From contig JBBRZM010000010.1 of assembly GCA_038236695.1 (NCBI GenBank), positions 2,363-66,362 of the forward strand: 64,000 bases of DNA, given 5' to 3'. Within the stretch, counting starts at the first letter, position 1, and every line of letters starts with the position of its first letter. Shown one piece after another: positions 18,510-28,533 of the stretch. The notes beneath the pieces are model-generated. The model did no database searches, was not told the origin of the DNA, and saw nothing but the letters and a program-made list of their open reading frames with translations. The translations under genes and the position numbers were made by a program. Origin of the DNA: Acidimicrobiia bacterium. Its GTDB lineage: Bacteria; Actinomycetota; Acidimicrobiia; IMCC26256; JBBRZM01.

Positions 18510-19711
18510 GCATCGCACCCGACGACGCGACCGCGCCGCGGGAATGGTTTCCGTGCATCGACGGCTACCGCGCGCTGGCCGCGATGGCGGTCCTCGCGCT
18601 TCATGTGTCGGTCGCGTCCGGCCTCGTGTTCCGCAAGCACACGCTTGGTCTTGCTCTCAGCCGGCTCGACGTCGGCGTTGCCGTCTTCTTCTTGATCTCG
18701 GGGTTCCTGCTCTACCGCCCCTTCGTCTCGGCGCACCTCACCGGCCGCGCGCCGATGCCCATGTCGCGCTATTTCCGGGCGCGCGCGCTCCGCATCTTCC
18801 CGGCCTACTGGCTCGCGCTCACCTTCGCCATCTACGTGTTTCATCAGCCCGGGGCCAAGCATCAGATCCACAATGTCGGTGACTTCGTCTCCTATTACGG
18901 GCTGCTCCAGCAGTACACGAGACACCACAGCTACGGGGGAATCCAACAGGCTTGGACGCTGTGCGTCGAGCTCTCCTTCTATGTCTTCTTGCCGTTGTAC
19001 GCATGGGCGGTCCGCGGCGTCGCGCGCCGCGTCGGCCGGGTCGTGCTCGTCGAGATCATCGGGCTCGTCGCGATGGGCGTGGTGACGCTCGCGTGGCACG
19101 AGCTCGTGTCGCGCGAGCTGAGCCTGGGTCTCGACCATTTGCACTCCTGGCTGCCGGGCTATCTCGGCCTCTTCGCTCTCGGGATGGGTCTCGCGCTGAT
19201 CAGCGCGCAGATCGCGCAGGAGGGCAGCGTGCCGCGGGTGATCACGTTCATCGGCGACATGCCGGCGTTGTGTTGGGCCGCGGCGGTGCTCACGTACTGG
19301 ATCACCGCCACACAGTTCGAGGTCGGGTATCCGCACCTCTCCGGAGGCCAGTGGATGGCGTGGATCGGGCTGTACGGCCTCACCGCGTTGCTGCTCCTCC
19401 TTCCCGGCGTGTTCGGCCCGCAGGATCGGGGGGTCATCCGGCGGGTGCTCCGGTGGCGGCCAATCGTGTTCCTCGGGCTCATCTCGTACGGCGTGTACCT
19501 GTGGCACGAGCTCTGGATCGACAAGGACCTCCAGTGGAGCGACCGGCACCTGTTCAACGCGCCGTTTTGGCAGATGCTCGCGGTCGTTGTCGCGCTCAGC
19601 GCCGTCGCTGCCACCATCAGCTACTACGTGGTGGAGCGGCCGGCCTTGCGGCTCAAGCGGGGCCCCGGCGCGCGGCGCTCTGTACCGGGTGAACGACCGG
19701 TGCTGCGTTAA
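18506..19711 (+). CDS. Acyltransferase family 3, paralog 3
   Basis: TTGA overlap with the upstream gene. FPCIDGYRALAAMAVLALHV and ISYGVYLWH. Confidence 0.75.
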   Translation: MSIAPDDATAPREWFPCIDGYRALAAMAVLALHVSVASGLVFRKHTLGLALSRLDVGVAVFFLISGFLLYRPFVSAHLTGRAPMPMSRYFRARALRIFPAYWLALTFAIYVFHQPGAKHQIHNVGDFVSYYGLLQQYTRHHSYGGIQQAWTLCVELSFYVFLPLYAWAVRGVARRVGRVVLVEIIGLVAMGVVTLAWHELVSRELSLGLDHLHSWLPGYLGLFALGMGLALISAQIAQEGSVPRVITFIGDMPALCWAAAVLTYWITATQFEVGYPHLSGGQWMAWIGLYGLTALLLLLPGVFGPQDRGVIRRVLRWRPIVFLGLISYGVYLWHELWIDKDLQWSDRHLFNAPFWQMLAVVVALSAVAATISYYVVERPALRLKRGPGARRSVPGERPVLR

Positions 19712-19723
19712 CCTCGAAACACC

Positions 19724-20908
19724 GTGAACCCACGCCGCAGCGGGTCCACACCCGCCGTTCCCCTCAAGCTCAGCGAGATCGCCGACGAGGCCGGCTTGCG
19801 ACGGATTCACTTCCTCGCTTGGCGTGATCTCGCCGATCCCGAAGCCGGCGGCTCCGAGCTCCATGCCGCCGAGATTGCGCGCGTCTGGGCCGAAGCCGGC
19901 ATCGAGGTCAATTTCCGCACCTCGTACGCCGCGGGCCACCCGCAGGTCAGCTGGCGCGACGGGTATCGCGTGATTCGCAAGGGTGGGCGCTACCTCGTGT
20001 TCCCGCGCGCCGCCCTCAGCGAGTCGATGGGTTGGCACGGCTCGCGTGACGGTCTGGTCGAGATCTGGAACGGCATGCCGTTCTTCTCGCCGCTGTGGGC
20101 ACCCGGTCCGCGCATCGTTTTCCTCCATCACGTGCACGCGGAGATGTGGGATATGACGCTGCCGCCGCAGCTGGCGAAGCTCGGCCACACCATCGAGTCG
20201 CGGGTCGCGCCGCAGATCTATCGCCGCACACGCATCGTCACCTTGTCCGAGTCATCCAAGCGCGAGCTGGTCGAAGACCTCGGATTCCGCGCCGAGCGCA
20301 TCTCAGTGGTGCCACCCGGTATCGACCCGCGCTACTCGCCGGGCGGGAAACGTTCCCTCGACCCGCTGGTCGTGGCGGTCGGCCGGCTGGTACCGGTGAA
20401 GCAGTTCCCCGCGCTCGTCGACGCGCTGGTCGCGCTCCGGCCGCGCCATCCCAAGCTTCGAGCCATGATCGTCGGCGAGGGCTACGAGCGCGAAGCGCTC
20501 GAGGCACACATCGAGGAGGCGGGCGCCTCGGGATGGATTCGGCTGACCGGCCGGGTCGACGACGCGAAGCTGCTCGACCTCTACCGCCAAGCCTGGCTCG
20601 TAGCGAGCGCGTCGGCGCGTGAGGGATGGGGCATGACCATCACCGAAGCTGCCGCGTGCGGCACGCCCGCCGTCGCCAGCCGTATCGCCGGACACCGCGA
20701 CGCAGTGGTGCACGGGCGCACCGGCTTTCTCGCCGACACACGCGACGAGATGATCAGCGGCATGGATTCGATCCTCGGTGACGACGCGCTGCGCGCCCGC
20801 ATGAGCGCAGCGGCCCTCGAGCACGCGTCGCGCTTCACCTGGGAGGCAACGGCGCGTGGCGCGCTCGAAGCGCTGGTGACCGAGGCGCGGCGCCTGTCCC
20901 GTCGGTGA
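19724..20908 (+). CDS. Glycosyltransferase family 4 (GT-B, GT1-type)
   Basis: EGWGMTITEAAACGTPAVAS...E motif in the C-terminal domain. 394 aa. Confidence 0.8.
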   Translation: MNPRRSGSTPAVPLKLSEIADEAGLRRIHFLAWRDLADPEAGGSELHAAEIARVWAEAGIEVNFRTSYAAGHPQVSWRDGYRVIRKGGRYLVFPRAALSESMGWHGSRDGLVEIWNGMPFFSPLWAPGPRIVFLHHVHAEMWDMTLPPQLAKLGHTIESRVAPQIYRRTRIVTLSESSKRELVEDLGFRAERISVVPPGIDPRYSPGGKRSLDPLVVAVGRLVPVKQFPALVDALVALRPRHPKLRAMIVGEGYEREALEAHIEEAGASGWIRLTGRVDDAKLLDLYRQAWLVASASAREGWGMTITEAAACGTPAVASRIAGHRDAVVHGRTGFLADTRDEMISGMDSILGDDALRARMSAAALEHASRFTWEATARGALEALVTEARRLSRR

Positions 20909-23900
20909 GGGCGGCGACAACGGCCGTCAAGGGCCGCGTGACGACGCGACGCACGCACCCGACGGTCACGAGCGCGGCCGCGCAGCACCGGTCGCTGCTG
21001 ACCCACATCGGCCTTGCGCTCCTCGCGTACGTGCCGTTCCTGCTGTCCGCGCCGGGCAAGGTGAGCGCGGACACGAAGCAGTACCTCTACCTGAACCCCG
21101 GGCGACTGCTCAGCCGGGCCGCGTACCTGTGGGATCCCAACATGGGCGCGGGCACCGTCACCCACCAAAACATCGGCTACTTGTTCCCGATGGGTCCGTA
21201 TTACTGGCTGACGCAACATCTCGGCGTGTCCGACTGGATCGCGCAGCGCATCTGGCTGGGCTCGATCACGTTCGCCGCCGGCGCCGGCCTGTTGTTCCTG
21301 TTGCGCGAGCTCGGCTGGCGTCACGCCGGTGCGACCGTCGCCGCGCTCGCGTACATGCTCACGCCCTACCCCCTCGCCTACACCGCGCGCATCTCGGCGA
21401 TCTTGCTCCCCTGGGGCGCGCTGGGCTGGATGGTCGGCCTCGCGATCCGCAGCGTGCGCCGGCAGGATTGGCGCAGCCCTGGGCTGTTCGCACTCGTGAC
21501 GGTGATGGTCGGCGGCACCAATGCGACCTCGCTCCTGTTCGCCGGCGTGGCGCCCGCGCTCTGGATCGTGTTCGCCGTCTTCGTCGAGCGCGAGGCGACC
21601 GTGCGCCAGGCGCTCGGTGCCGCGCTGCGCATCTTCGTCCTCGTCTTCGTCACCGCGTTCTGGTGGATCGCCGGCCTGTCGATCCAGGGCGCGTACGGGC
21701 TGCCGGTGCTCAACTTCACCGAGACGGTCAAGACGGTCGCGACCGCGTCGTCGCCGCCCGAGGTGCTGCGCGGGCTCGGCAACTGGTTCTTCTACGGTCG
21801 CGATGGCATCGGACCGTGGATCGAGCAGTCGGTCGGGTACACCCAGCAGCTCTGGTTGATCCTCGTCAGCTTCGCGATACCGATCCTTGTGTTCCTCGCT
21901 GCGAGCGTCACGCGCTGGCGCCACCGGGCGTACTTCGTGACGCTGGTGCTCGTCGGCATGATGATCGCGGTCGGGCCGTTTCCGTACGGCGACCCGTCGC
22001 TGCTCGGGCGGTTGTTCAAGGCGTTCGCCAAAGGCTCGAGCGCCGGGCTCGCGTTGCGCAGCACACCGCGCGCCGTGCCGCTCATGGCTTTGGGCTCCGC
22101 GGTCCTGCTCGGCGCCGGGGTTGCCGCGCTGTTGCAGGCGCGACCGCGTGCGGGACTGGTGAGCGCGGTGCTCGTCGGCGTGCTGCTCGTCGCCAACCTG
22201 CCGGCCGCGTGGGGCGCCGATTACATCGGCGAGAACCTTGTGCGGCCCGGCCAGATCCCGAGCTACTGGACCGACGCGGCGCAGCATATCGACCGCCAGA
22301 GTCACGACACCCGGGTGCTCGAGATTCCCGGGTCCGACTTCTCGTCGTATCGCTGGGGCAACACTGTTGACCCGATCACGCCCGGGCTCATGGATCGCCC
22401 GTGGGTCGAGCGCGAGCTGATCCCGTTCGGGTCGCAAGCGTCGGCCGACCTGCTCATCGCGTTCGACCACCGGCTCCAGGAGGGCACCTACGAGCCGACG
22501 TCGTTCGCGCCGGTGTCGCGGCTCCTCAGTGCGGGTGACGTGCTGCTGCGGTCAGATCTTCAGTACGAGCGGTACCGCACGCCGCGCCCCCGCACTCTGT
22601 GGGCGGCCTTCCAGCCGCCGCCACCCGGGCTCGGCACGTCGCAGGCGTTCGGGCCGGCGACGCCCAACCGCGCGCCACCGAGTCTGCCGTTGCTCGACGA
22701 GATCGAGCTCGGCACCCCGCCGAACGCCCCGTGGCCGCCGCCGGTAGCGGTGTTTCCCGTCCACGATGCGCAGAAGATCATTCGCACCGCGAATCCCGGT
22801 ACCCCCGTGCTGGTCGCAGGCGACGGCGAGGGACTGGTCGATGCGGCAGCGGCGGGCGTGATCAACGGCACCGAGCTGATCCAGTACTCGGCATCGTTGC
22901 GCGGCCACCAACCCGAGCTGCGGCGCGCATTGCAGGACGGCGCGGCGCTGGTCGTCACCGACACCAACCGGCGGCGCGCCCGGCGTTGGGGCACGATTCG
23001 CGAAAACATCGGCTACACGGAGCGCGCGGGGGAGCGGCCACTCGTGGTCGACCCCTCCGATGCGCGGCTCGACGTGTTTCCCGGCGCCGGCGACGACACG
23101 CGCACCGTCGCCGAGCAGCGGGGGGTGAAGTCGGTGATGGCGACGCTGTACGGCAACCCGGTGTCGTACACGCCCGAAGACCGGCCCGCGAACGCGTTCG
23201 ACGGCGATCCCGAGACCGCGTGGCGGGTTGGCGCGTTCGCTGACGTCAGCAACCAGAAGCTCGTCATCGACCTGGGCCATAACGTCACCACAGACCACGT
23301 CAATCTCGTGCAGCCGATCACCAAGACCCGCGACCGCTACGTTACCCGGGCGACCCTGCGCTTCGACGGCGGCTCACCGGTGACCGTCGATCTCGATCCG
23401 TCGTCGCGCACCGCCGCCGGCCAGACAGTCACGTTCCCGTCGCGGACGTTCCACAAGATCGAGTACGAGATCAACGACACCAACACCGGCAAGCGGGCCG
23501 ACTACGTGGGCGTGAGCGCGGTCGGGCTCGCAGAGCTGCGGATCGGCGGCCAACGGGTCGACGAGCTGATCCGCATGCCGGACGACCTCCTGCGCGCGAC
23601 CGGCAGCGATTCGCTCAACCATCCGCTGACGCTCGTCATGACCCGCTTGCGCGCCAATCCTGCCGAGCCCGTGCGCCAGGACGAAGAGGTTGCGCTCGCT
23701 CGAGTCTTCGACTTGCCGACGGCGCGTGCCTTCGGTTTCTCGGGCACGGCCCGAATCTCGGGCATCACCGACGATGAAGTCATCGACGCCGTCCTCGGCG
23801 TGCCCGACGCCGCGCACGGCGGTATCACGGCGCGCTCGTCTGGCCGGCTCCCCGGGAATGTCGACGCGCGCGCGGCGGAAGCGCTCGACGGCGACCCGTC

Positions 23901-25353
23901 GACGTACTGGAGCCCGGGCTACAACGAGCAGCGCGGCCAGTGGCTCGAGTACGAGTTCCCGCAGCCGGTCACGTTCGATCACCTCGACCTGTCGGTTGTG
24001 GCCGACGGCCGCCATTCGGTGCCCACGCGCCTGCGCATCCAAACTGCCGGCGCGCCCGACCGCGTCGTCGACGTGCCACCGATACGCGACTCCAAGACGC
24101 CGAACGCGACAGTCCGCGAGACGCTGCGCTTCGCGCCGGTCACGGGCAAGAGCGTGCGGGTGATCGTCGACGACGTCCGCAACGTGCAGACGAAGGACTA
24201 CTACAGCCGCCGACTGATCAACATGCCCGTCGGCATCGCCGAGCTCGGCATCCCCGGCGTCACGATGCCGCGCCCAGCTGCGACCCTCCCGACAACATGT
24301 CGCACCGATCTCGTGACCGTCGACGGCCGGCCGCTGGGCGTGCGCATCATCGGCGACACCGCCACCGTCGAGCGCGGCGGGGCGGTGCGGGTCGAGCCGT
24401 GCGACGCGAACGCGGCGGCGTTGGCGAAGGGCGAGCACGTGGTGCGGGCCCGGGCAGGACGCGACACCGGGCTCGACATCGACCGGCTTGTGCTCGCGTC
24501 CGCCGCGGGTGGTGCGCCGAGCACCGGCCCACTGGCCACGACCGGCGGGGGCGCCCGCGCCGCGGCCCCGACGGTGCGGGTCACGGGCTCCGGCCGCACC
24601 AGCGCCGACCTGCGGGTGAAGAACCCGGGCCATCCGTTCTGGCTCGTCCTGGGCCAGAGCTTCAACAAGGGCTGGACGGCGACGCTCGCCGACGGCATGT
24701 CGCTCGGGCCGCCGCAGCTCGTCGACGGTATGAGCAACGGCTGGTACATCACGCCCAGGGGCCACGGCGATCTGACCATCAAGCTCCGGTGGACCCCGCA
24801 AGCACGGGTGTGGATCGCGCTTGCGGTCTCCGCGTTGGGGATCATCGCCTGCTTCGCGATCGTGTTGCTCAACCCGCGTCGTCGACGCTCACGCCGCGAG
24901 GCGCGTGCCGCGCGCGTTCCGGCCGGTTCCGCCCAACCCGACCAGCCGGTGTTGCGCTCACCGCTCGCCGTGAACGGCGCGCGTCCAAGCGCAAAGGTTG
25001 TGGCCCTGACGGTTGTCATCGTCGCGCTGGGGGGTGCAGCCATCGCGAGCCCGGTCGCGGGTGTGATCGTGGGCATCGGAGCCGGCGTCGCGATGGTTCG
25101 GGGCTGGCGGCTCCTGCCGGTGGTGGCGGTGAGCGCGCTCGGGTTGATGACCGCCTACATCTTGTTGCAGCAATTACGGTTCGACTATCCGCAGACGTTC
25201 GACTGGCCCAGTCACTTCTCGCGCGTCAATGGGCTTGCGTGGTTCGCGGTGCTCTGTCTCGCGGCCGACGTGGTGGTCGAGGTGGCGCGAGACCGCGCCG
25301 GCGCCACCGCGCCCGCTACGCTTCCGAAGCCCCCGACGCAGGAGATCCCATAG
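20905..25353 (+). CDS. AftD-like (DUF3367) giant GT-C glycosyltransferase with discoidin-type carbohydrate-binding modules
   Basis: 1482 aa, GTGA overlap with the upstream gene. N-terminal DTKQYLYLNPGRLL...THQNIGYLFPMGPYYW and about 15 TM segments. Central soluble part carries two F5/8-type-C-like signatures (NAFDGDPETAWR, EALDGDPSTYWS). C-terminal TM bundle. Confidence 0.75.
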   Translation: MRAATTAVKGRVTTRRTHPTVTSAAAQHRSLLTHIGLALLAYVPFLLSAPGKVSADTKQYLYLNPGRLLSRAAYLWDPNMGAGTVTHQNIGYLFPMGPYYWLTQHLGVSDWIAQRIWLGSITFAAGAGLLFLLRELGWRHAGATVAALAYMLTPYPLAYTARISAILLPWGALGWMVGLAIRSVRRQDWRSPGLFALVTVMVGGTNATSLLFAGVAPALWIVFAVFVEREATVRQALGAALRIFVLVFVTAFWWIAGLSIQGAYGLPVLNFTETVKTVATASSPPEVLRGLGNWFFYGRDGIGPWIEQSVGYTQQLWLILVSFAIPILVFLAASVTRWRHRAYFVTLVLVGMMIAVGPFPYGDPSLLGRLFKAFAKGSSAGLALRSTPRAVPLMALGSAVLLGAGVAALLQARPRAGLVSAVLVGVLLVANLPAAWGADYIGENLVRPGQIPSYWTDAAQHIDRQSHDTRVLEIPGSDFSSYRWGNTVDPITPGLMDRPWVERELIPFGSQASADLLIAFDHRLQEGTYEPTSFAPVSRLLSAGDVLLRSDLQYERYRTPRPRTLWAAFQPPPPGLGTSQAFGPATPNRAPPSLPLLDEIELGTPPNAPWPPPVAVFPVHDAQKIIRTANPGTPVLVAGDGEGLVDAAAAGVINGTELIQYSASLRGHQPELRRALQDGAALVVTDTNRRRARRWGTIRENIGYTERAGERPLVVDPSDARLDVFPGAGDDTRTVAEQRGVKSVMATLYGNPVSYTPEDRPANAFDGDPETAWRVGAFADVSNQKLVIDLGHNVTTDHVNLVQPITKTRDRYVTRATLRFDGGSPVTVDLDPSSRTAAGQTVTFPSRTFHKIEYEINDTNTGKRADYVGVSAVGLAELRIGGQRVDELIRMPDDLLRATGSDSLNHPLTLVMTRLRANPAEPVRQDEEVALARVFDLPTARAFGFSGTARISGITDDEVIDAVLGVPDAAHGGITARSSGRLPGNVDARAAEALDGDPSTYWSPGYNEQRGQWLEYEFPQPVTFDHLDLSVVADGRHSVPTRLRIQTAGAPDRVVDVPPIRDSKTPNATVRETLRFAPVTGKSVRVIVDDVRNVQTKDYYSRRLINMPVGIAELGIPGVTMPRPAATLPTTCRTDLVTVDGRPLGVRIIGDTATVERGGAVRVEPCDANAAALAKGEHVVRARAGRDTGLDIDRLVLASAAGGAPSTGPLATTGGGARAAAPTVRVTGSGRTSADLRVKNPGHPFWLVLGQSFNKGWTATLADGMSLGPPQLVDGMSNGWYITPRGHGDLTIKLRWTPQARVWIALAVSALGIIACFAIVLLNPRRRRSRREARAARVPAGSAQPDQPVLRSPLAVNGARPSAKVVALTVVIVALGGAAIASPVAGVIVGIGAGVAMVRGWRLLPVVAVSALGLMTAYILLQQLRFDYPQTFDWPSHFSRVNGLAWFAVLCLAADVVVEVARDRAGATAPATLPKPPTQEIP

Positions 25354-25357
25354 CCGC

Positions 25358-26113
25358 ATGGAGTTCAAACAGACACAGGAGCACTGGGACGCGCTCGGGC
25401 GCGACGACGCCATGTGGGCGGTCCTCACCGACCCCGGGCGCAAGGGCGGCTGGACGCGCGAGGAGTTCCTCGCCACCGGACGCGAGGAGATCGCCGAGAC
25501 CCTCGCGCTCCTCGACCGCGTCGGGATTCAGGTGCCGCGGAGGGCGGCGCTGGACTTCGGCTGCGGCGCGGGTCGCCTGACCGTCGCGCTCTCCGAGCAC
25601 TTCGAGCGCGCGGTGGGCGTCGACATCGCCTCGTCGATGCTCGCGCAGGCGCGGCGTAACGCCGAGGGCCGTCCGTGCGAGTTCGTCCTCGAGGCCGACG
25701 GCTCGCTCGGCTCGCTCTCCGACGTGGCATTCGACCTCGTCTACACGGCCCGCGTGCTGCAGCACATGGCCCCGGAGCACGCCGACCGGTACCTCGGGGA
25801 GTTCCTGCGGGTGCTCGCGCCGGGGGGCGTGCTCGTGTTCCAGCGGCCCTCCATGCCGTCGCGCACGGTCCTCGGCCTCGGGATGCGCCTGGCCCCGGTG
25901 AGTGTCACGAATGCCCTGCGGCGCGTCGTCACGCGCTCTGCGGGGACCATGGAGATGCACGGCACCTCCGGCGCGGACATCCGCCGCGTCATCGAGGCCG
26001 CCGGCGGGCGGATCGTCCATCGCGAGCGCGACAGCAAGGCGGGTCCGCACTGGGTCAGCTGGACGTACGTCGTCCGCAAGGGTGACGCGGGCCCGGCCCG
26101 CGCGTCCGGCTGA
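25358..26113 (+). CDS. Class I SAM-dependent methyltransferase
   Basis: ATG 25358 (MEFKQTQEHW). LDFGCGAGRL motif I. The upstream track extension overlaps the AftD-like 3' end. Confidence 0.75.
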   Translation: MEFKQTQEHWDALGRDDAMWAVLTDPGRKGGWTREEFLATGREEIAETLALLDRVGIQVPRRAALDFGCGAGRLTVALSEHFERAVGVDIASSMLAQARRNAEGRPCEFVLEADGSLGSLSDVAFDLVYTARVLQHMAPEHADRYLGEFLRVLAPGGVLVFQRPSMPSRTVLGLGMRLAPVSVTNALRRVVTRSAGTMEMHGTSGADIRRVIEAAGGRIVHRERDSKAGPHWVSWTYVVRKGDAGPARASG

Positions 26114-26119
26114 GCGCCG

Positions 26120-26779
26120 ATGGCCGAACCCAAGTCGTTCTTCCTCGGCGGTGAGATCCACGACTATCTCGTCGCGCACGGCACGCCGCCGGATGACGTG
26201 CAGGAGGCACTGATCGAGGAGACCGCGTCGCTCGGCGGTGTCAGCATCATGCAGATCGCGCCCGAGCAGGGCGCGTTCATGACGGTGCTGGCGCGTGCTG
26301 CCGGCGCGCGACGGGCGATCGAGGTCGGCACGTTCACCGGGTACTCGGCGTTGTGCATCGCGCGCGGCCTGCCGCCCGACGGGCAGCTGCTCTGTTGCGA
26401 CGTGAGTGAAGAGTGGACGGCTATCGGGCGTCGCCACTGGGAACGCGCCGGTGTGGCCGACCGCATCGACCTGCGCATCGCGCCCGCGCTCGACACGTTG
26501 CGCAGCCTGCCGCCCGACGAGGTGGTCGACTTTGCCTTCATCGACGCCGACAAGCCCAACTATCTGGCGTACTACGAGGAAGTGCTGGCGCGCACCCGGC
26601 CCAACGGCTTGATCCTCGCCGACAACACGCTGTGGATGGGCGCCATCATCGACGAGACGCTCACCGACGAGAACACGCTGGCCATGCGCGCCTTCAACGA
26701 CTTTGTCGCCGCCGACGACCGCGTCGACGCCGTGATGCTCCCCATCTCCGACGGCCTCACCATGCTCCGCAAGCGCTGA
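26120..26779 (+). CDS. O-methyltransferase family 3 (caffeoyl-CoA OMT-like)
   Basis: IEVGTFTGYSALCIA and FIDADKPNY...LILADNTLW motifs. 219 aa. Confidence 0.8.
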   Translation: MAEPKSFFLGGEIHDYLVAHGTPPDDVQEALIEETASLGGVSIMQIAPEQGAFMTVLARAAGARRAIEVGTFTGYSALCIARGLPPDGQLLCCDVSEEWTAIGRRHWERAGVADRIDLRIAPALDTLRSLPPDEVVDFAFIDADKPNYLAYYEEVLARTRPNGLILADNTLWMGAIIDETLTDENTLAMRAFNDFVAADDRVDAVMLPISDGLTMLRKR

Positions 26780-26799
26780 AACACCGCGCCAACATCAAT

Positions 26800-26842
26800 C
26801 TTGCGTCAAAAATCGGGGTGACATCCCGGCTGCTGACGCAAG
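26800..26842. terminator. Bidirectional hairpin between convergent genes
   Basis: Perfect 9-bp arms CTTGCGTCA (26800-26808) / TGACGCAAG (26834-26842) with an inner GGG/CCC hairpin, in a locally AT-richer gap. Confidence 0.5.
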
Positions 26843-26851
26843 AACGAGTTG

Positions 26852-27511
26852 TTAGAACTTTCCGGTGCGGCCGTAGCGGTAGTAGCCGGCAAACTGCTCG
26901 TTGACTTCGGCGGGGATCGGCACGACCGGGCCCATCTGGCGCGCGCCCCACACGATCTCCGCGGTGCGTTCCACGAGATGCGCGATGTGGAGCACGTCCT
27001 TCGGGTTCTTGCCCACGGCGAAGATCCCGTGGTTGGCCATGAGCACAGCGGCGCGGTCACCCACGCGTTTGGCGACCTCGTCGGCGAGCTCGTCGGTGCC
27101 CGTGGTCTTGTAGTCGGCGACCTCGACGTCACCGCCCACGAAGACGACGAACTCCTCGATCACCGCCGGGATCGGCTCCCGGATCAATGCGAACATCGTC
27201 GCGAACTTCGCGTGGCAGTGCATCGTCGCGTCGATGTCGTCGTGGAGACGGAGCGCGCTCAAGTGCAGCGCCTTCTCGGTCGTGGGACTGCGGTGACCTT
27301 CCAGCACGTTGCCGTCGAGGTCGCACACCACCAGATCATCGAGCGTCATGTCGAGATAGTCGAGCGACGAGGGCGTGAGTACCGCGTTGCCGTCGGGCAG
27401 GCGCGCCGACAGGTTGCCCGCCGTGCCGTGCACGAGCCCGGACGTGAGCATCTCCTTGCCCGTGGCCAGGAGCATCTCCTTCGTCTCTTGCGCAGTGAGC
27501 TTGTCGCTCAC
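26852..27511 (-). CDS. Class II aldolase/adducin family protein
   Basis: GTG 27511 overlaps the upstream TGA (GTGA). GTAGNLSAR and HCHAKFATMF motifs. The track N-terminal extension overlaps the upstream gene. Confidence 0.8.
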   Translation of the reverse strand: MSDKLTAQETKEMLLATGKEMLTSGLVHGTAGNLSARLPDGNAVLTPSSLDYLDMTLDDLVVCDLDGNVLEGHRSPTTEKALHLSALRLHDDIDATMHCHAKFATMFALIREPIPAVIEEFVVFVGGDVEVADYKTTGTDELADEVAKRVGDRAAVLMANHGIFAVGKNPKDVLHIAHLVERTAEIVWGARQMGPVVPIPAEVNEQFAGYYRYGRTGKF

Positions 27512-28485
27512 GTGAGCACCTCCGGGTTGACGAGATTGTCGGGCTTGCCGCCCGCGAACAGCGTCTCGAGCCCGTCGGCGATGAGCTTCGAGTGGTTGGC
27601 CTCGGTGTCGTACGTCGCGCCGCCGATGTGCGGGGTCAGTACGACGGTTGCGATCCCGCACAGCGGATGGTCGGGTGGCAGATGTTCACCGACGAAATGG
27701 TCGAGACCCGCGCCCGCGAGGTGGCCCGACTGCAGCGCGCCGACGAGGGCGTCGGTGTCGTGCAGCGGAGCCCGGGCACTGTTGACGTAAATGGCGCCGC
27801 GCTTCATGGCGGCGAACTGCGCGGCACCGATCATCTTTTCGGTCTCGGGCGTGACGGCCGCATGCATCGACACCACGTCGGCTTCCGCCAGCAGCTCGTC
27901 GAGCGTGTGCGTCGCCTCCTCGGCATACGGGTCGTACGCGATCACCCGCATCCCGAGTCCTTCGAGGCGCCAGCGCGTCGCCCGGCCGACTGCGCCGAGA
28001 CCCACGATGCCGGCGGTGCGGCCGGCGAGCTGCCAGGCCCGGAACCGCTGGTAGGGGATCGTGCCGTCGCGCCAGACCTCGCCCTCGCGCACGTCGGCAT
28101 CGGCGCGCACGACGCCCCGGTTGACTGCGTACAGCAGCGCGACGGTCATCTCGGCGACCGCATCCGCGTTGCGTCCCGGTGCGTGCAGGACGGGGATGGC
28201 CTTGGCGGTCGCGGCGGGGATGTCGACGTTGTTGGGATCGCCGCGACAGGATCCGATGGCAACCAGCGGGAGGTCGAGCACCGGGCCCTTCACCGAGTCG
28301 GACTCGACGATGAGCAGGTTTGCTCCCTCGGCCTCGATTCGTTCGGCGAGCTGCTCCGCGTTGTAGAGGCGAAGTGGTTGGTGGTCGATCCACGGGTCGA
28401 GCACGACGTCGGCGAGGCGTTTGAGCGTCTCGAGTCCTTTACCGCGGAAGGGCGCGGTGACAAGTGCTTTCGGTTTGTCGGTCAC
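27508..28485 (-). CDS. D-isomer-specific 2-hydroxyacid dehydrogenase family protein
   Basis: GIVGLGAVGRATRWRL NAD-binding motif and a catalytic His region (TPHIGGAT). Confidence 0.8.
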   Translation of the reverse strand: MTDKPKALVTAPFRGKGLETLKRLADVVLDPWIDHQPLRLYNAEQLAERIEAEGANLLIVESDSVKGPVLDLPLVAIGSCRGDPNNVDIPAATAKAIPVLHAPGRNADAVAEMTVALLYAVNRGVVRADADVREGEVWRDGTIPYQRFRAWQLAGRTAGIVGLGAVGRATRWRLEGLGMRVIAYDPYAEEATHTLDELLAEADVVSMHAAVTPETEKMIGAAQFAAMKRGAIYVNSARAPLHDTDALVGALQSGHLAGAGLDHFVGEHLPPDHPLCGIATVVLTPHIGGATYDTEANHSKLIADGLETLFAGGKPDNLVNPEVLT

Positions 28486-28516
28486 AAACGGCAGTCTCGC
28501 GCGGTCGCGCGTTCCC

Positions 28517-28530
28517 TGACTAGCGTGTCA
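28517..28530. promoter_or_regulatory. Palindrome TGACTAGCGTGTCA (site c; extended arms CCTGAC/GTCAGG)
   Basis: Centred in the 48-bp divergent region and ends 3 nt before ATG 28534. Contains a TAGCGT (TANNNT) hexamer placed for a leaderless transcript. Confidence 0.5.
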
Positions 28531-28533
28531 GGT

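Noticed and set aside
16149-18518. Very long antisense ORFs: 16149..18518 (789 aa), 18191..20188 (665 aa), 20581..22470 (629 aa), 11472..13298 (608 aa), 8925..10328, 10673..12031 and 58456..59967.
   Set aside because: They are Arg/Ala/Pro/Gly-rich shadow ORFs opposite genes with clear family signatures. This is expected in roughly 70% GC DNA, where stop codons are rare. None shows a recognisable motif.
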